DNA of 50,096 nucleotides from a virus (Duplodnaviria; Caudoviricetes): IMG/VR virus record IMGVR_UViG_3300028396_000011, positions 1 to 50,096 of that record; one strand, 5' to 3'. Shown piece by piece: positions 18,325 to 26,740 of this stretch (position 1 is its first letter; each line of letters starts with the position of its first letter). The notes under the pieces were generated by a model. It saw only the letters and a program-made list of their open reading frames with translations, ran no database searches and was not told where the DNA came from. The position numbers and the translations under genes were made by a program.

Positions 18325-19929
18325 TTATCTCCTTCCTGATGGAGTGTAGTCTATATAAAGACCATTCACTGTATATGGCGATTTTTGATCTGAACTTGTT
18401 ACAATAAAACTTACAGTATGCCCACTGCCTTGAACTGTTTGGCGTACTAGAGGATCTGCTGGAGCACCAAATACATTGGCTCCAAATATGCCTGACCCAA
18501 GAATACTAGGCAGAGGAATACTATCTAATATATAATCTAAAGGTTGTGAAATTAAAGGATCTTCATAATCATAACGTACACGTAATGTAGGCTGGATAGC
18601 CCCTTCAGGACTCATAGATAGACGTACATGACGTAAAGTCTTTTTAGTACCTACATCACCAAAGTCTAAATTAGGTGTCTGATAAGACGCTCTAATGTCA
18701 GCAGGATTACCACCATAATCAAAAGAAATACCATCATCATGATTATAGATATAGCCGTCACTATCTCCATGCCACGTTTGCTCAATACCATCTACATCTA
18801 GATCTGATGTTAAAGCAGTAGCTTTGATACCTTCAGTTTCTGAATACTGAAAACCTTCATTTGTTAATGTAGCAATAACACCTTTAGAAGCAGCATTAGC
18901 TGTACCGTCTGTGTTATAAAATAATCTGTATTGTGATTTACTTCTAAGTACAGCACTTGTAATATCTAAATTATCAATGTTTGCTGCAATACTTTTAATT
19001 GTAGGTTGAATAGGTCTACTTACAGTCCCTAACTCAACGTCACCAATCCGTACTGTACCTGCAATGGTTCTAAGTCCGTCAGGACTCAAAAATAACAAGT
19101 CACCTGCAATTTCCTGAATACTTTGTGCATCCATACAACCTACGTTTTTTGTTACTGGTTGTACTGTAATAGCATTAGAATCATTAATGTTTAATAGTTT
19201 AAAAATACTATTCTTACAAAAGATAACAAGATCACTACGGAAACTGGCTAGGCCCACTACTTGATCTTCAAGTACAATAGATCCTGCTCCAGCTCCTGAA
19301 AAGTTATCAGGATCATTTGTGTGGCTGTAATAAATTGTATTAGATGCAGCGCCTGCACCAGCAACTACAAAGTGCTTATCATGAATAGTGCCTACTGCCG
19401 GAGCAACAGTACCGCTTACAGTAATTTCACCAGCAAAAAAAGTACGTGAATTTAAAGCACCAGTACCTTCCATTCTAAAAAAGTAAGGCTTGTTAACACC
19501 ATCACATATAAGAATCTCACCATAATCTGATAAGCCTTCAAAAAATGCAAAGCTTGTTTGTTTTTGCCCAGTACGTGCTAAATCTGAACGGCCTGTAAAA
19601 GTTGTGTAGTTATCCCCGCTGCTATGAACACTAGACTTAGATATAGAAATCCATGAGGTTCCATCTTGACTAAAAAATATTCCAGTGCCTGAACAAACTA
19701 TTACACCATCAGCATAACCTCTAATCCCCAGTACTTTGTTATCACCATTAGGACGTACCGCTGAACCGCCTCCAAAGATAGTGAAGCCATTAATACGACG
19801 ATAGCCGCCATCTGTGTCTACTTCAAAGTTTGTAAGCTTAGAAGCAACTCCCGGCTGTCCCAGCATCTCAAGCTGGTTAAGGCTAGTATATAATCCGCCT
19901 TTAGTTGATAAACCAAACGGCTGAGACAT
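18325..19929 (-). CDS. Tail nozzle (tail tubular protein B-like)
   Basis: Beta-rich 534 aa; GGL...NF...GGYRRING N-terminus; directly after the adaptor gene. Confidence 0.75.
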   Translation of the reverse strand: MSQPFGLSTKGGLYTSLNQLEMLGQPGVASKLTNFEVDTDGGYRRINGFTIFGGGSAVRPNGDNKVLGIRGYADGVIVCSGTGIFFSQDGTSWISISKSSVHSSGDNYTTFTGRSDLARTGQKQTSFAFFEGLSDYGEILICDGVNKPYFFRMEGTGALNSRTFFAGEITVSGTVAPAVGTIHDKHFVVAGAGAASNTIYYSHTNDPDNFSGAGAGSIVLEDQVVGLASFRSDLVIFCKNSIFKLLNINDSNAITVQPVTKNVGCMDAQSIQEIAGDLLFLSPDGLRTIAGTVRIGDVELGTVSRPIQPTIKSIAANIDNLDITSAVLRSKSQYRLFYNTDGTANAASKGVIATLTNEGFQYSETEGIKATALTSDLDVDGIEQTWHGDSDGYIYNHDDGISFDYGGNPADIRASYQTPNLDFGDVGTKKTLRHVRLSMSPEGAIQPTLRVRYDYEDPLISQPLDYILDSIPLPSILGSGIFGANVFGAPADPLVRQTVQGSGHTVSFIVTSSDQKSPYTVNGLYIDYTPSGRR

Positions 19930-20699
19930 TATACAAACCTCATACGGTCATCTTTAAACTCACCGGGATTAGGATTCATCAAATTAAGTTTCATTAAACG
20001 TAAGCCACGCTTGTAGTCTTCAAGAGCAAAAGCAGAAAACTGTGGGCTTTCTTTAAACTGATAGATATAATATCTAGCTCTATTAAGCAATACAGGCTTG
20101 TAAGTATTTGGAAAAACTGTTTCATCACCAAAGGCTACAAGCTCTGTAGGTAATACATAAGCGTAAAACCAGATACGATATACTTTATCTGGAATAGAGC
20201 TAAGACCAAACTTACGGTTGTCAGGACTTTTGATTACACGATCAGGTACACCGTATTGCTGAGTATCTGCATCGTCTAAGTTTTCTGGAATACGTCTATA
20301 GTCTTTCCAAGCTTCTGTTGTAGTAAAACGTAAGTTACGTGCAGTATATGGTACTGATTCGCCTGCTACGCCTACTGTAGTCAAATAAAAGTTGTCCCAA
20401 TCAATGTAGCCGTAGTCAGTAGTTAAAGAAGAACTAGCAGTCTTTAAATTATACCAGCGTTGTCCCGCTACAGTTTCTACGTATACATTACCGTACATAG
20501 GATCTGTCTCACCACTTAAATTAGCAGCAAGGAAAGGCCACTGAGGTTCTTCATTAACAATATCTAGATAAGCTCTGTTAATAGAGTCTTTAACATGTTG
20601 TTGAATACCCACAGCAGAAGCAAAGCTAGAACTTGTAAGCTCTACTTCATTCATCTCCCGTAGGAGTTCATTTGCTAAATCTAGATATGTTGCTGCCAT
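19929..20699 (-). CDS. Head-tail adaptor (tail tubular protein A-like)
   Basis: TYLDLANELLREMNEV N-terminus, WPF motif, position after the capsid gene. Confidence 0.75.
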   Translation of the reverse strand: MAATYLDLANELLREMNEVELTSSSFASAVGIQQHVKDSINRAYLDIVNEEPQWPFLAANLSGETDPMYGNVYVETVAGQRWYNLKTASSSLTTDYGYIDWDNFYLTTVGVAGESVPYTARNLRFTTTEAWKDYRRIPENLDDADTQQYGVPDRVIKSPDNRKFGLSSIPDKVYRIWFYAYVLPTELVAFGDETVFPNTYKPVLLNRARYYIYQFKESPQFSAFALEDYKRGLRLMKLNLMNPNPGEFKDDRMRFV

Positions 20700-20842
20700 T
20701 ATTTATGCGCCTTTTGAACCTCAAAGGTTGCTGATTTACTTGCACCCTTATGAGGCTTATAACCGTCTTTAGGATCTTTCATAAGCTTAAAAGTCTTTCC
20801 AGACTTCATCCAGTGGTAACCTTTAGGAGCAGCTACTTTCAT
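20699..20842 (-). CDS. Small basic protein (47 aa; not in ORF track)
   Basis: MKVAAPKGYHWMKSGKTFKLMKDPKDGYKPHKGASKSATFEVQKAHK; start and stop overlap both neighbours. Confidence 0.75.
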   Translation of the reverse strand: MKVAAPKGYHWMKSGKTFKLMKDPKDGYKPHKGASKSATFEVQKAHK

Positions 20843-21105
20843 TTTACTTTCTGCGTTACGGTTTTACTACCGCACATTCTTTCCATATCCTGCACAGAAG
20901 CATAGCCGCCTTTAGTGTAAGCACTACGTTTTGTAGCACCTCCACCCATCATTTTCTTTTTAGCATACATACCTTGACCTCCTTCAGAATATTGTATTCT
21001 TTCATCATACCCAATACCATACATGGGTAGCTCTTGAATACCGCCGTAGTTTTGTTTTTGATTTAGTTTAGCTACCATTTTTTTAATCGTTTTGCCTAAA
21101 CTCAT
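20839..21105 (-). CDS. Small basic protein with RxxYxxGG tags
   Basis: RIQYSEGG, KKKMMGGG, RSAYTKGG; coupled to neighbours. Confidence 0.75.
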   Translation of the reverse strand: MSLGKTIKKMVAKLNQKQNYGGIQELPMYGIGYDERIQYSEGGQGMYAKKKMMGGGATKRSAYTKGGYASVQDMERMCGSKTVTQKVK

Positions 21106-21311
21106 CAGTCTTGCTCCATTGAAAAAGTTTTACTAATTGCTCTAGCGCCTTCAAACTCTGTAGCGCATTCGGGGTCAGAGTCTTTATTAAAAATTTTATC
21201 AAAGTTATCTTTGTAACGTGCGTAATTAGTTCCTTTGCGGATTCTACTGCCTTTACCAGCAATAGTTTGTCTCATCATTAGTGGCTTCGCATCAGATCCA
21301 AGTTGGGGCAT
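21105..21311 (-). CDS. Hypothetical protein (68 aa)
   Basis: SD GGAGA; GKGSR.R...Y.DNFDKIF motif. Confidence 0.7.
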   Translation of the reverse strand: MPQLGSDAKPLMMRQTIAGKGSRIRKGTNYARYKDNFDKIFNKDSDPECATEFEGARAISKTFSMEQD

Positions 21312-21324
21312 TATAATCTCCAGT

Positions 21325-21360
21325 AAAAAAGGAAAGGGGCCACCGAAGCAGCCCCCACCT
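21325..21360 (-). terminator. Intrinsic terminator after the major capsid gene
   Basis: GGGGCTGC-TTCG-GTGGCCCC stem-loop followed by TTTCCTTTTT on the - strand. Confidence 0.85.
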
Positions 21361-21367
21361 AAAAGGT

Positions 21368-22357
21368 CTAGTCGATACCGTAGAAGGCTGAAACCAGAGC
21401 TTCTGGTCGCAGTACCTTAGCACCGTAAACGTGTAGACCACGTACAATGTCACCGAAGCTTTCTGGGTCACGGATGACCTCAGTGCTGGTGATTGTTTGA
21501 GCCGTTGCCGTAGAAGACATGTGACCAGCCAGACATTGACCAGCAGCATTAGTTACTGAAGGAATGTTGTTTGACTTGTACATATCAAAACCACGCAGCT
21601 TGCCAGAGCTTACCAAACCATTACGGATGGAGCCTTGACCAGCGTTGAAGTCTACGTTCAACAGCTTAGAGCTAGACTGAGACAGTACTTCGTAGAACTG
21701 TGGTGAAGCTACGAACCATCGTCCTTCTTCTGGAATGTTCTGCTCGTCTAGCAAACGTGCCATACGTGCCATGATATCCAGAGGATCGTGCTCATTTGCA
21801 GCAAAACCAAGGTCTAGGTTACCAGTACCGTCAAAGGTTCCAGCAGCAAGGTCAGCAGTAGCGTCTGTACCAAGGATATGGTCAGGGCTAGAAGCAGACA
21901 CACCAGCAAACATAGAAGCTAGTACACCTTGGTCAAAAGCATCACGCAAAGAGTAAGCTGCTGAAGACGTAGCAACGTCACGGAAGTTAACGTGAGACAT
22001 GTTAGTTTCAATGTCATCTACGATAAACTTAAATGCGTTAGCCGTGTCAACAACCAGAGTTACTTCTTGGTCAGTCAACTTAGTAGCGGTCACATCTTGA
22101 CCACGCTCATACTGATAAACAGTAATTTCAGGCTCTTTGATGATTCGTACACTATCACCGAATGCTGCGATTTCACCCGCATAGTCAGTGTTCGTAATAC
22201 CTTCAATCACAGAAGCCTTACGGAAAAAGTTTAGTACCTGCTTAGAGTAAACTTTAGGCAGGAAAAACGAGTTGGTTTGTCCCGCTACAGAGTTACCAAA
22301 GTTAGCATTGGTATCTGTAGACGGTTCAAAGAATTGGTCACTTACATTATAAGCCAT
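21368..22357 (-). CDS. Major capsid protein (P22/T7-like coat)
   Basis: FLPKVYS, TNTDYAGEI..GDSVRI, GLHVYGAKVLRPEAL; SD AGGAGA; followed by a terminator. Confidence 0.93.
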   Translation of the reverse strand: MAYNVSDQFFEPSTDTNANFGNSVAGQTNSFFLPKVYSKQVLNFFRKASVIEGITNTDYAGEIAAFGDSVRIIKEPEITVYQYERGQDVTATKLTDQEVTLVVDTANAFKFIVDDIETNMSHVNFRDVATSSAAYSLRDAFDQGVLASMFAGVSASSPDHILGTDATADLAAGTFDGTGNLDLGFAANEHDPLDIMARMARLLDEQNIPEEGRWFVASPQFYEVLSQSSSKLLNVDFNAGQGSIRNGLVSSGKLRGFDMYKSNNIPSVTNAAGQCLAGHMSSTATAQTITSTEVIRDPESFGDIVRGLHVYGAKVLRPEALVSAFYGID

Positions 22358-22385
22358 GTTAATATTCTCCTAATAACACAATTAA

Positions 22386-23204
22386 TTATGCTACTACGCG
22401 ACCCTCCATCATTGCTTGCTTAATATCTTCTTCATATTTATCAAACTGATCTAGGGACATAGCAGCGATTTCCCGTTCAGTCCAGATCTTAGGTTGACCA
22501 GCATCTACGTTAGTTGTTTTAGTTGATACCATATCTGCTGCCGAACCTTGAGATTTCTTTCTGGGCTGTTGTTTTTGAGTAACACCAGTTTCCAATTTGT
22601 AAAGATCAATAGCTTTTGAAGCTAAAGCAACATTATCAGGGTTATTATAAACCCAATCTTGAATCTGCTCAGGTTGCTCCTTAGCCCACGCATGAAACTG
22701 CTCGTCCCCTCTGATGTCCTCAAAGTCTGGATGTCGCTGTTGCAAAGTGGTTTCAGCCTCTCTACGTAACACTTCAGACTCACGTTGCCGCATAGCCTGT
22801 AGTTGCGCTTCAAGTTCCGCTACCTGTCGTTGACTCTGCATATGTGCTACAGATTCAACAGTGTTATACAGATCAGGATACTCCTCTTTAAAACTTTCTA
22901 ACTCTTCTTCAGACTTAGGCGGTTCATAGCGGGGTTGTGCTTGTTGAGCCATCGCAAGGAGTTCTTGTTCCTTTTGTTTAAACTCTCCAAGTTTCTGATC
23001 ATAATGTTTCTTTAGATCATCGTATCGTTTCTTATAGTTAGTCCTCTTTCGGGGTTGAGCTTCTTCTTCAGGGGCCTCTTCGGGGGTAGCCTGAGGTGGC
23101 TCAAAAAATAATCCATCTGCACTGCCTCCACTGGGCTTATCAGCTTCGTGCCAAGGCTTACGAGCATTGTATGGATTACTAACTTCTTCTTGTACTTCTG
23201 ACAT
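22386..23204 (-). CDS. Capsid scaffolding protein
   Basis: Acidic coiled coil, YKKRYDDLK, HPDF, C-terminal IKQAMMEGRV. ATG 23204 follows SD AAGGAGA. Confidence 0.85.
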   Translation of the reverse strand: MSEVQEEVSNPYNARKPWHEADKPSGGSADGLFFEPPQATPEEAPEEEAQPRKRTNYKKRYDDLKKHYDQKLGEFKQKEQELLAMAQQAQPRYEPPKSEEELESFKEEYPDLYNTVESVAHMQSQRQVAELEAQLQAMRQRESEVLRREAETTLQQRHPDFEDIRGDEQFHAWAKEQPEQIQDWVYNNPDNVALASKAIDLYKLETGVTQKQQPRKKSQGSAADMVSTKTTNVDAGQPKIWTEREIAAMSLDQFDKYEEDIKQAMMEGRVVA

Positions 23205-23220
23205 TCTCAATCTCCTTCAC

Positions 23221-23291
23221 GGGGCTTGTGTCTTGCAAGGTAGCCATATTAACTCCGTCGAGTTTATGGGGCTTGTCTTACCAAGGTAGCC
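23221..23291 (-). promoter_or_regulatory. Tandem pair of related RNA hairpins upstream of the scaffold gene
   Basis: GGCTACCTTG-N6/7-CAAGCCCC occurs twice (23221-23245 and 23268-23291). Confidence 0.6.
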
Positions 23292-23297
23292 GTAAAA

Positions 23298-24137
23298 TTA
23301 CCGAAGACTAGGCATCTTATTTGCACCCATCATGAGCTTATTGATTTCCTCATCGGTTTTGCTGAGGGGTAAATCTTGCTCTTCAGGGTCTTCTTGCATA
23401 TAACCGCCAATAGCCTTCATTTGATAACCGCCATCATAAGCACGTTCAGCATCATCCATCATTGTTTGAAGCTGATCCGCACCAATCTGGTCGGTTGCTT
23501 TTCTGGTAAATACAAACTCTCCATCACTCAAACGAGCGGGGATAGAATCTGATACACCAGTTCCGGGGCCTTCGACTTCTCCAGCACCCGAAAACTCACT
23601 AGCAACTGTAATTACTTTGTCCAAGATATCTGATAGTCTTGGATCATTTTGTAATACACCTGCTAGGTAATCTTGTTCTTCATCGTCAAGGGATTCATCC
23701 ATGACGTAACTAATATAATCGTCTTCCATTTCATTATCTGGAAGCTGTGAAGCCAGTGCTTCGTCCATTTCATCTTCTGGTATGTTTGGATAGGTATCTA
23801 CTGGCATACCTTCAGGGGGCATCATCATAGAGCCACCTTCGTTAAATACTCCACGTCCTTTCAAAACATCTGCCTGAGTAATCTTTCCATCGCCTGTAAG
23901 ATCTGATAAGCCGCCTTTAACTTTTCCAGATCTCGCAGCACGTTCTTCAGCACCACGTTCTTCTTCTATTTTTTTATGTACAGCGATTTTAGTTGTATCA
24001 CTGACATTACCCGTATCCCTTTGAAAGTTAGACTCAATATTTTTTCTTTCAGCGGGAGTTTTAGCTTGGGCATAAGACTTTTGAAAATCTTCTAGCATAG
24101 ACCTATAGCCTGCTTCCATATCAAAATTTTTAGTCAT
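23298..24137 (-). CDS. Head-module protein with the GPGT..SDSIPARLSDGEFV module; candidate maturation protease
   Basis: Module otherwise typical of tape-measure C-termini; EF-hand-like DLTGDGKITQAD; three xxGG tags; lies between portal and scaffold. Confidence 0.6.
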   Translation of the reverse strand: MTKNFDMEAGYRSMLEDFQKSYAQAKTPAERKNIESNFQRDTGNVSDTTKIAVHKKIEEERGAEERAARSGKVKGGLSDLTGDGKITQADVLKGRGVFNEGGSMMMPPEGMPVDTYPNIPEDEMDEALASQLPDNEMEDDYISYVMDESLDDEEQDYLAGVLQNDPRLSDILDKVITVASEFSGAGEVEGPGTGVSDSIPARLSDGEFVFTRKATDQIGADQLQTMMDDAERAYDGGYQMKAIGGYMQEDPEEQDLPLSKTDEEINKLMMGANKMPSLR

Positions 24138-24363
24138 AATCTTTCCTATTAAGTGCTTCGTCTACTTGTTCAGGTAAAGTTTCTAGTCTAGCCAGAGAAC
24201 TCAGCTTCCCCTGACTGCGGAACAGATCCAGTTCCGATGTTGCCGCCACCAGTACCTGTAACTCCAAGGTCTTGAGGTTGTTGAGGTACTCCTTCAGGGC
24301 CTCCCATTGGTGCTTGTCCTTGACCATCGGGGCCAGCTTCCGGGCTAGGGCTTTGTCCAACAT
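24130..24363 (-). CDS. Small helical protein overlapping the portal 3' end
   Basis: Amphipathic helices with an L.RSQGK...L..L motif typical of small post-portal genes; stop overlaps the next start region. Confidence 0.65.
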   Translation of the reverse strand: MLDKALARKLAPMVKDKHQWEALKEYLNNLKTLELQVLVAATSELDLFRSQGKLSSLARLETLPEQVDEALNRKDYD

Positions 24364-26362
24364 TATTTTGCATTCCTATAATCTGAGCCATCATTGCAGC
24401 TTCTTCAGGGTCATTCATCAGTTCATCTGGGTCTAGATCTAAGCTGTACGCCAGTTCACTAATAAGCTTGTTCATCTTAATAAACGGAGCTACAGCAGGG
24501 TTAGCTGCGGTCTGAAGGAACATTGTAAGCCTTTGAGAGCGTACTTCCTTCTGCATCAAGCTGTTTGTGCCTGTAGCCTTAACTTCTAAATCACCCTCAA
24601 TACCAAGCTTATAGTCTGAAAACTGCATGTTCCATTGGAAGTATGCTTCACCCATAGGCTTTAACAGGAAGTCATCAAGATTCTTAATAACAGTCTTAAT
24701 GTTTAATGAAGCTGCACCAAGCAACATAGACATACCTGATGCGGTACGTGTCATGCTTTGTACGCCTGTTTGACCATGACTATAAGAAGGAATACCTGTT
24801 TGTTCATCTGCAAGCTGTCGGAACTTGTCGAACATTTGCATATTTTCTATAGTAGTATTAGGAAACTTTAAGCCGTTAATAGCTTGTCCGGGAACACCAG
24901 CTTGTCGCCTAAATACTTTACCCGGATAAATCTCCATGCTCTGACCACCTACAAGGGCAGTCTCATCTACATCAAAGATTACAGAGCCTGATAGAGCCAG
25001 ATTATCAATAGCCATACGTGCATGACCATTCATAATCTTTTGACTATCATCCATGTTCTCTGCTACACCAATACCAAAGAAGCTATAGGGATTCTTTTCG
25101 TAGCTGAACGCATGATAAGGAATACGGAAAGGTGTAAAAGGATTTACAACACTGCGAAGCATTTGACCATTACAGACCCAAGCGTTGATCTGTACTTCAT
25201 CTAAGTCATCTACTTCATCAGGAATCTCCATACCTACCTGACGGCAGTACTCTGCATCCATAACACCCCAGTACTCTAGTACTTCATACTGAGACGCACC
25301 ATACTCATCATTACGATTGTCATCTTTTAACTCGTGCTCGTAATCTTCTTCTACGTAGTTAGGCCCCATCTGGAGACATGTACGAATAGCTTCTTTGTCA
25401 AAGTAAGGCATCTTACCAAGACTACGAAGCTGTGTACGGTTCATTCTATGGCGGTGGAATACATACTCTGATTCGTCAACATTTGTTGCGTTGGGGTCTG
25501 GGAAAAAGTCCCAGATGCTGACAAACTCCAAGCGAGGCACCCTAACATCAACAGGAGAGTAAACTCTATCACCGTCCTCTCCTTCATCCCATCGGTGGAG
25601 GGTCTTGTTAAAATTGAACGGCCCTTTAACGATTCCGGTGCCGAATAAAGCTGATTCAAATAATGCGTTTCTGATCTCACTAGCGCCGTTAGACTCCTCT
25701 ATCTGATCGTGTATAAGTTTTTCCATACGTCTTGCAGCTTTCTGTGCAGGACTTAATTCAAGTACTTGTGGGTTTGGTGAAAGCCCCTCTTTAAGCATTT
25801 CTTTTTCTTCAGCAAGTTTGTCAAGTTTAATATCTTCAAACTTACCTGTAGCAAAAGTAGCTCCGGGCTTTAGTACTTTACCATCACCTTCATAACCTAC
25901 GTCAAAAGGATTGTCTGTGATTTCTTGTTCTTCTTCAGGAGCCTGTCCTTGAGAGGTTTCAATTCCCGGTGCAGCAGATGCGTCTACATGCCCATATTGA
26001 GAAATACCTTCAGGCATCTTAGTTTCACTAATACCAATAGGAAACTTATTAGCACCAAACACAACATCTACAAGTTGTCCAAAGGCTGCAAGTACTTTAG
26101 TCTTAGTAACCTTAACAAAGATACGGGACTTCTCAGACTCTCTAAAGCGTACATTCTTACCGTATAGACCACGATAGTTGTGATACGCTGTAAGCCAACG
26201 CTGCTCATCTAGATCGCGTGAGGACTTAGCAGAAACATAGCGGTCAGTAATAAGACCTACTAGGTTATTGCGTAGATTTTCTTCTAGGGTTAGCTCAAGG
26301 CCGTCTTCGCCTTCAACGTCTCCGAAGTAAATCCCATTCGCTGTTAAAGTATTTTCTGCCAT
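24188..26362 (-). CDS. Portal protein (724 aa)
   Basis: Position after TerL; FGTGIVKGP, FFPDP, FFGIGVAE, RTASGMSML motifs. Confidence 0.92.
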   Translation of the reverse strand: MAENTLTANGIYFGDVEGEDGLELTLEENLRNNLVGLITDRYVSAKSSRDLDEQRWLTAYHNYRGLYGKNVRFRESEKSRIFVKVTKTKVLAAFGQLVDVVFGANKFPIGISETKMPEGISQYGHVDASAAPGIETSQGQAPEEEQEITDNPFDVGYEGDGKVLKPGATFATGKFEDIKLDKLAEEKEMLKEGLSPNPQVLELSPAQKAARRMEKLIHDQIEESNGASEIRNALFESALFGTGIVKGPFNFNKTLHRWDEGEDGDRVYSPVDVRVPRLEFVSIWDFFPDPNATNVDESEYVFHRHRMNRTQLRSLGKMPYFDKEAIRTCLQMGPNYVEEDYEHELKDDNRNDEYGASQYEVLEYWGVMDAEYCRQVGMEIPDEVDDLDEVQINAWVCNGQMLRSVVNPFTPFRIPYHAFSYEKNPYSFFGIGVAENMDDSQKIMNGHARMAIDNLALSGSVIFDVDETALVGGQSMEIYPGKVFRRQAGVPGQAINGLKFPNTTIENMQMFDKFRQLADEQTGIPSYSHGQTGVQSMTRTASGMSMLLGAASLNIKTVIKNLDDFLLKPMGEAYFQWNMQFSDYKLGIEGDLEVKATGTNSLMQKEVRSQRLTMFLQTAANPAVAPFIKMNKLISELAYSLDLDPDELMNDPEEAAMMAQIIGMQNNVGQSPSPEAGPDGQGQAPMGGPEGVPQQPQDLGVTGTGGGNIGTGSVPQSGEAEFSG

Positions 26363-26373
26363 AAATATACCGT

Positions 26374-26739
26374 TTATAAAGGTTTAGAAAAGCCCATGCT
26401 TACACCAAAAACACCTTGAGCATTTTTATTTAAACCAAAGTGTAAGTTTGTTCCACCTTTAGTTTGTTTATGATAAGAAGCACTAGTATTGTATTTATCT
26501 TTTTGAACAGCTACAGAAGATTTATTAGGTAATTGTTTTTGTAAACTATAGTTAGTATTTTTACCACTAGAACTATCAACTCCTCTACTTACAGAAGCTT
26601 TTAAACCTTTAGTATTTACACTAGCAGTTCCTGTTGAAGTTCTTTGGTTTTGATTACCAGACACATCACCTTCTATTGAAAAAATACCTTTTGAGTAAGA
26701 AGTGTGCAATCCGCCATTACTATACTTAGTTCTTTTCAT
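26374..26739 (-). CDS. Beta-strand-rich basic protein with an N-terminal RTKYSNGG tag
   Basis: ATG 26739 lies directly after the TerL stop; alternating polar/apolar strands. Confidence 0.65.
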   Translation of the reverse strand: MKRTKYSNGGLHTSYSKGIFSIEGDVSGNQNQRTSTGTASVNTKGLKASVSRGVDSSSGKNTNYSLQKQLPNKSSVAVQKDKYNTSASYHKQTKGGTNLHFGLNKNAQGVFGVSMGFSKPL

Positions 26740-26740
26740 T

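Noticed and set aside
23298-24137. Tape measure protein
   Set aside because: Only 279 aa and located in the head module; the genome has podovirus-type tail genes and no tail tube or major tail gene.
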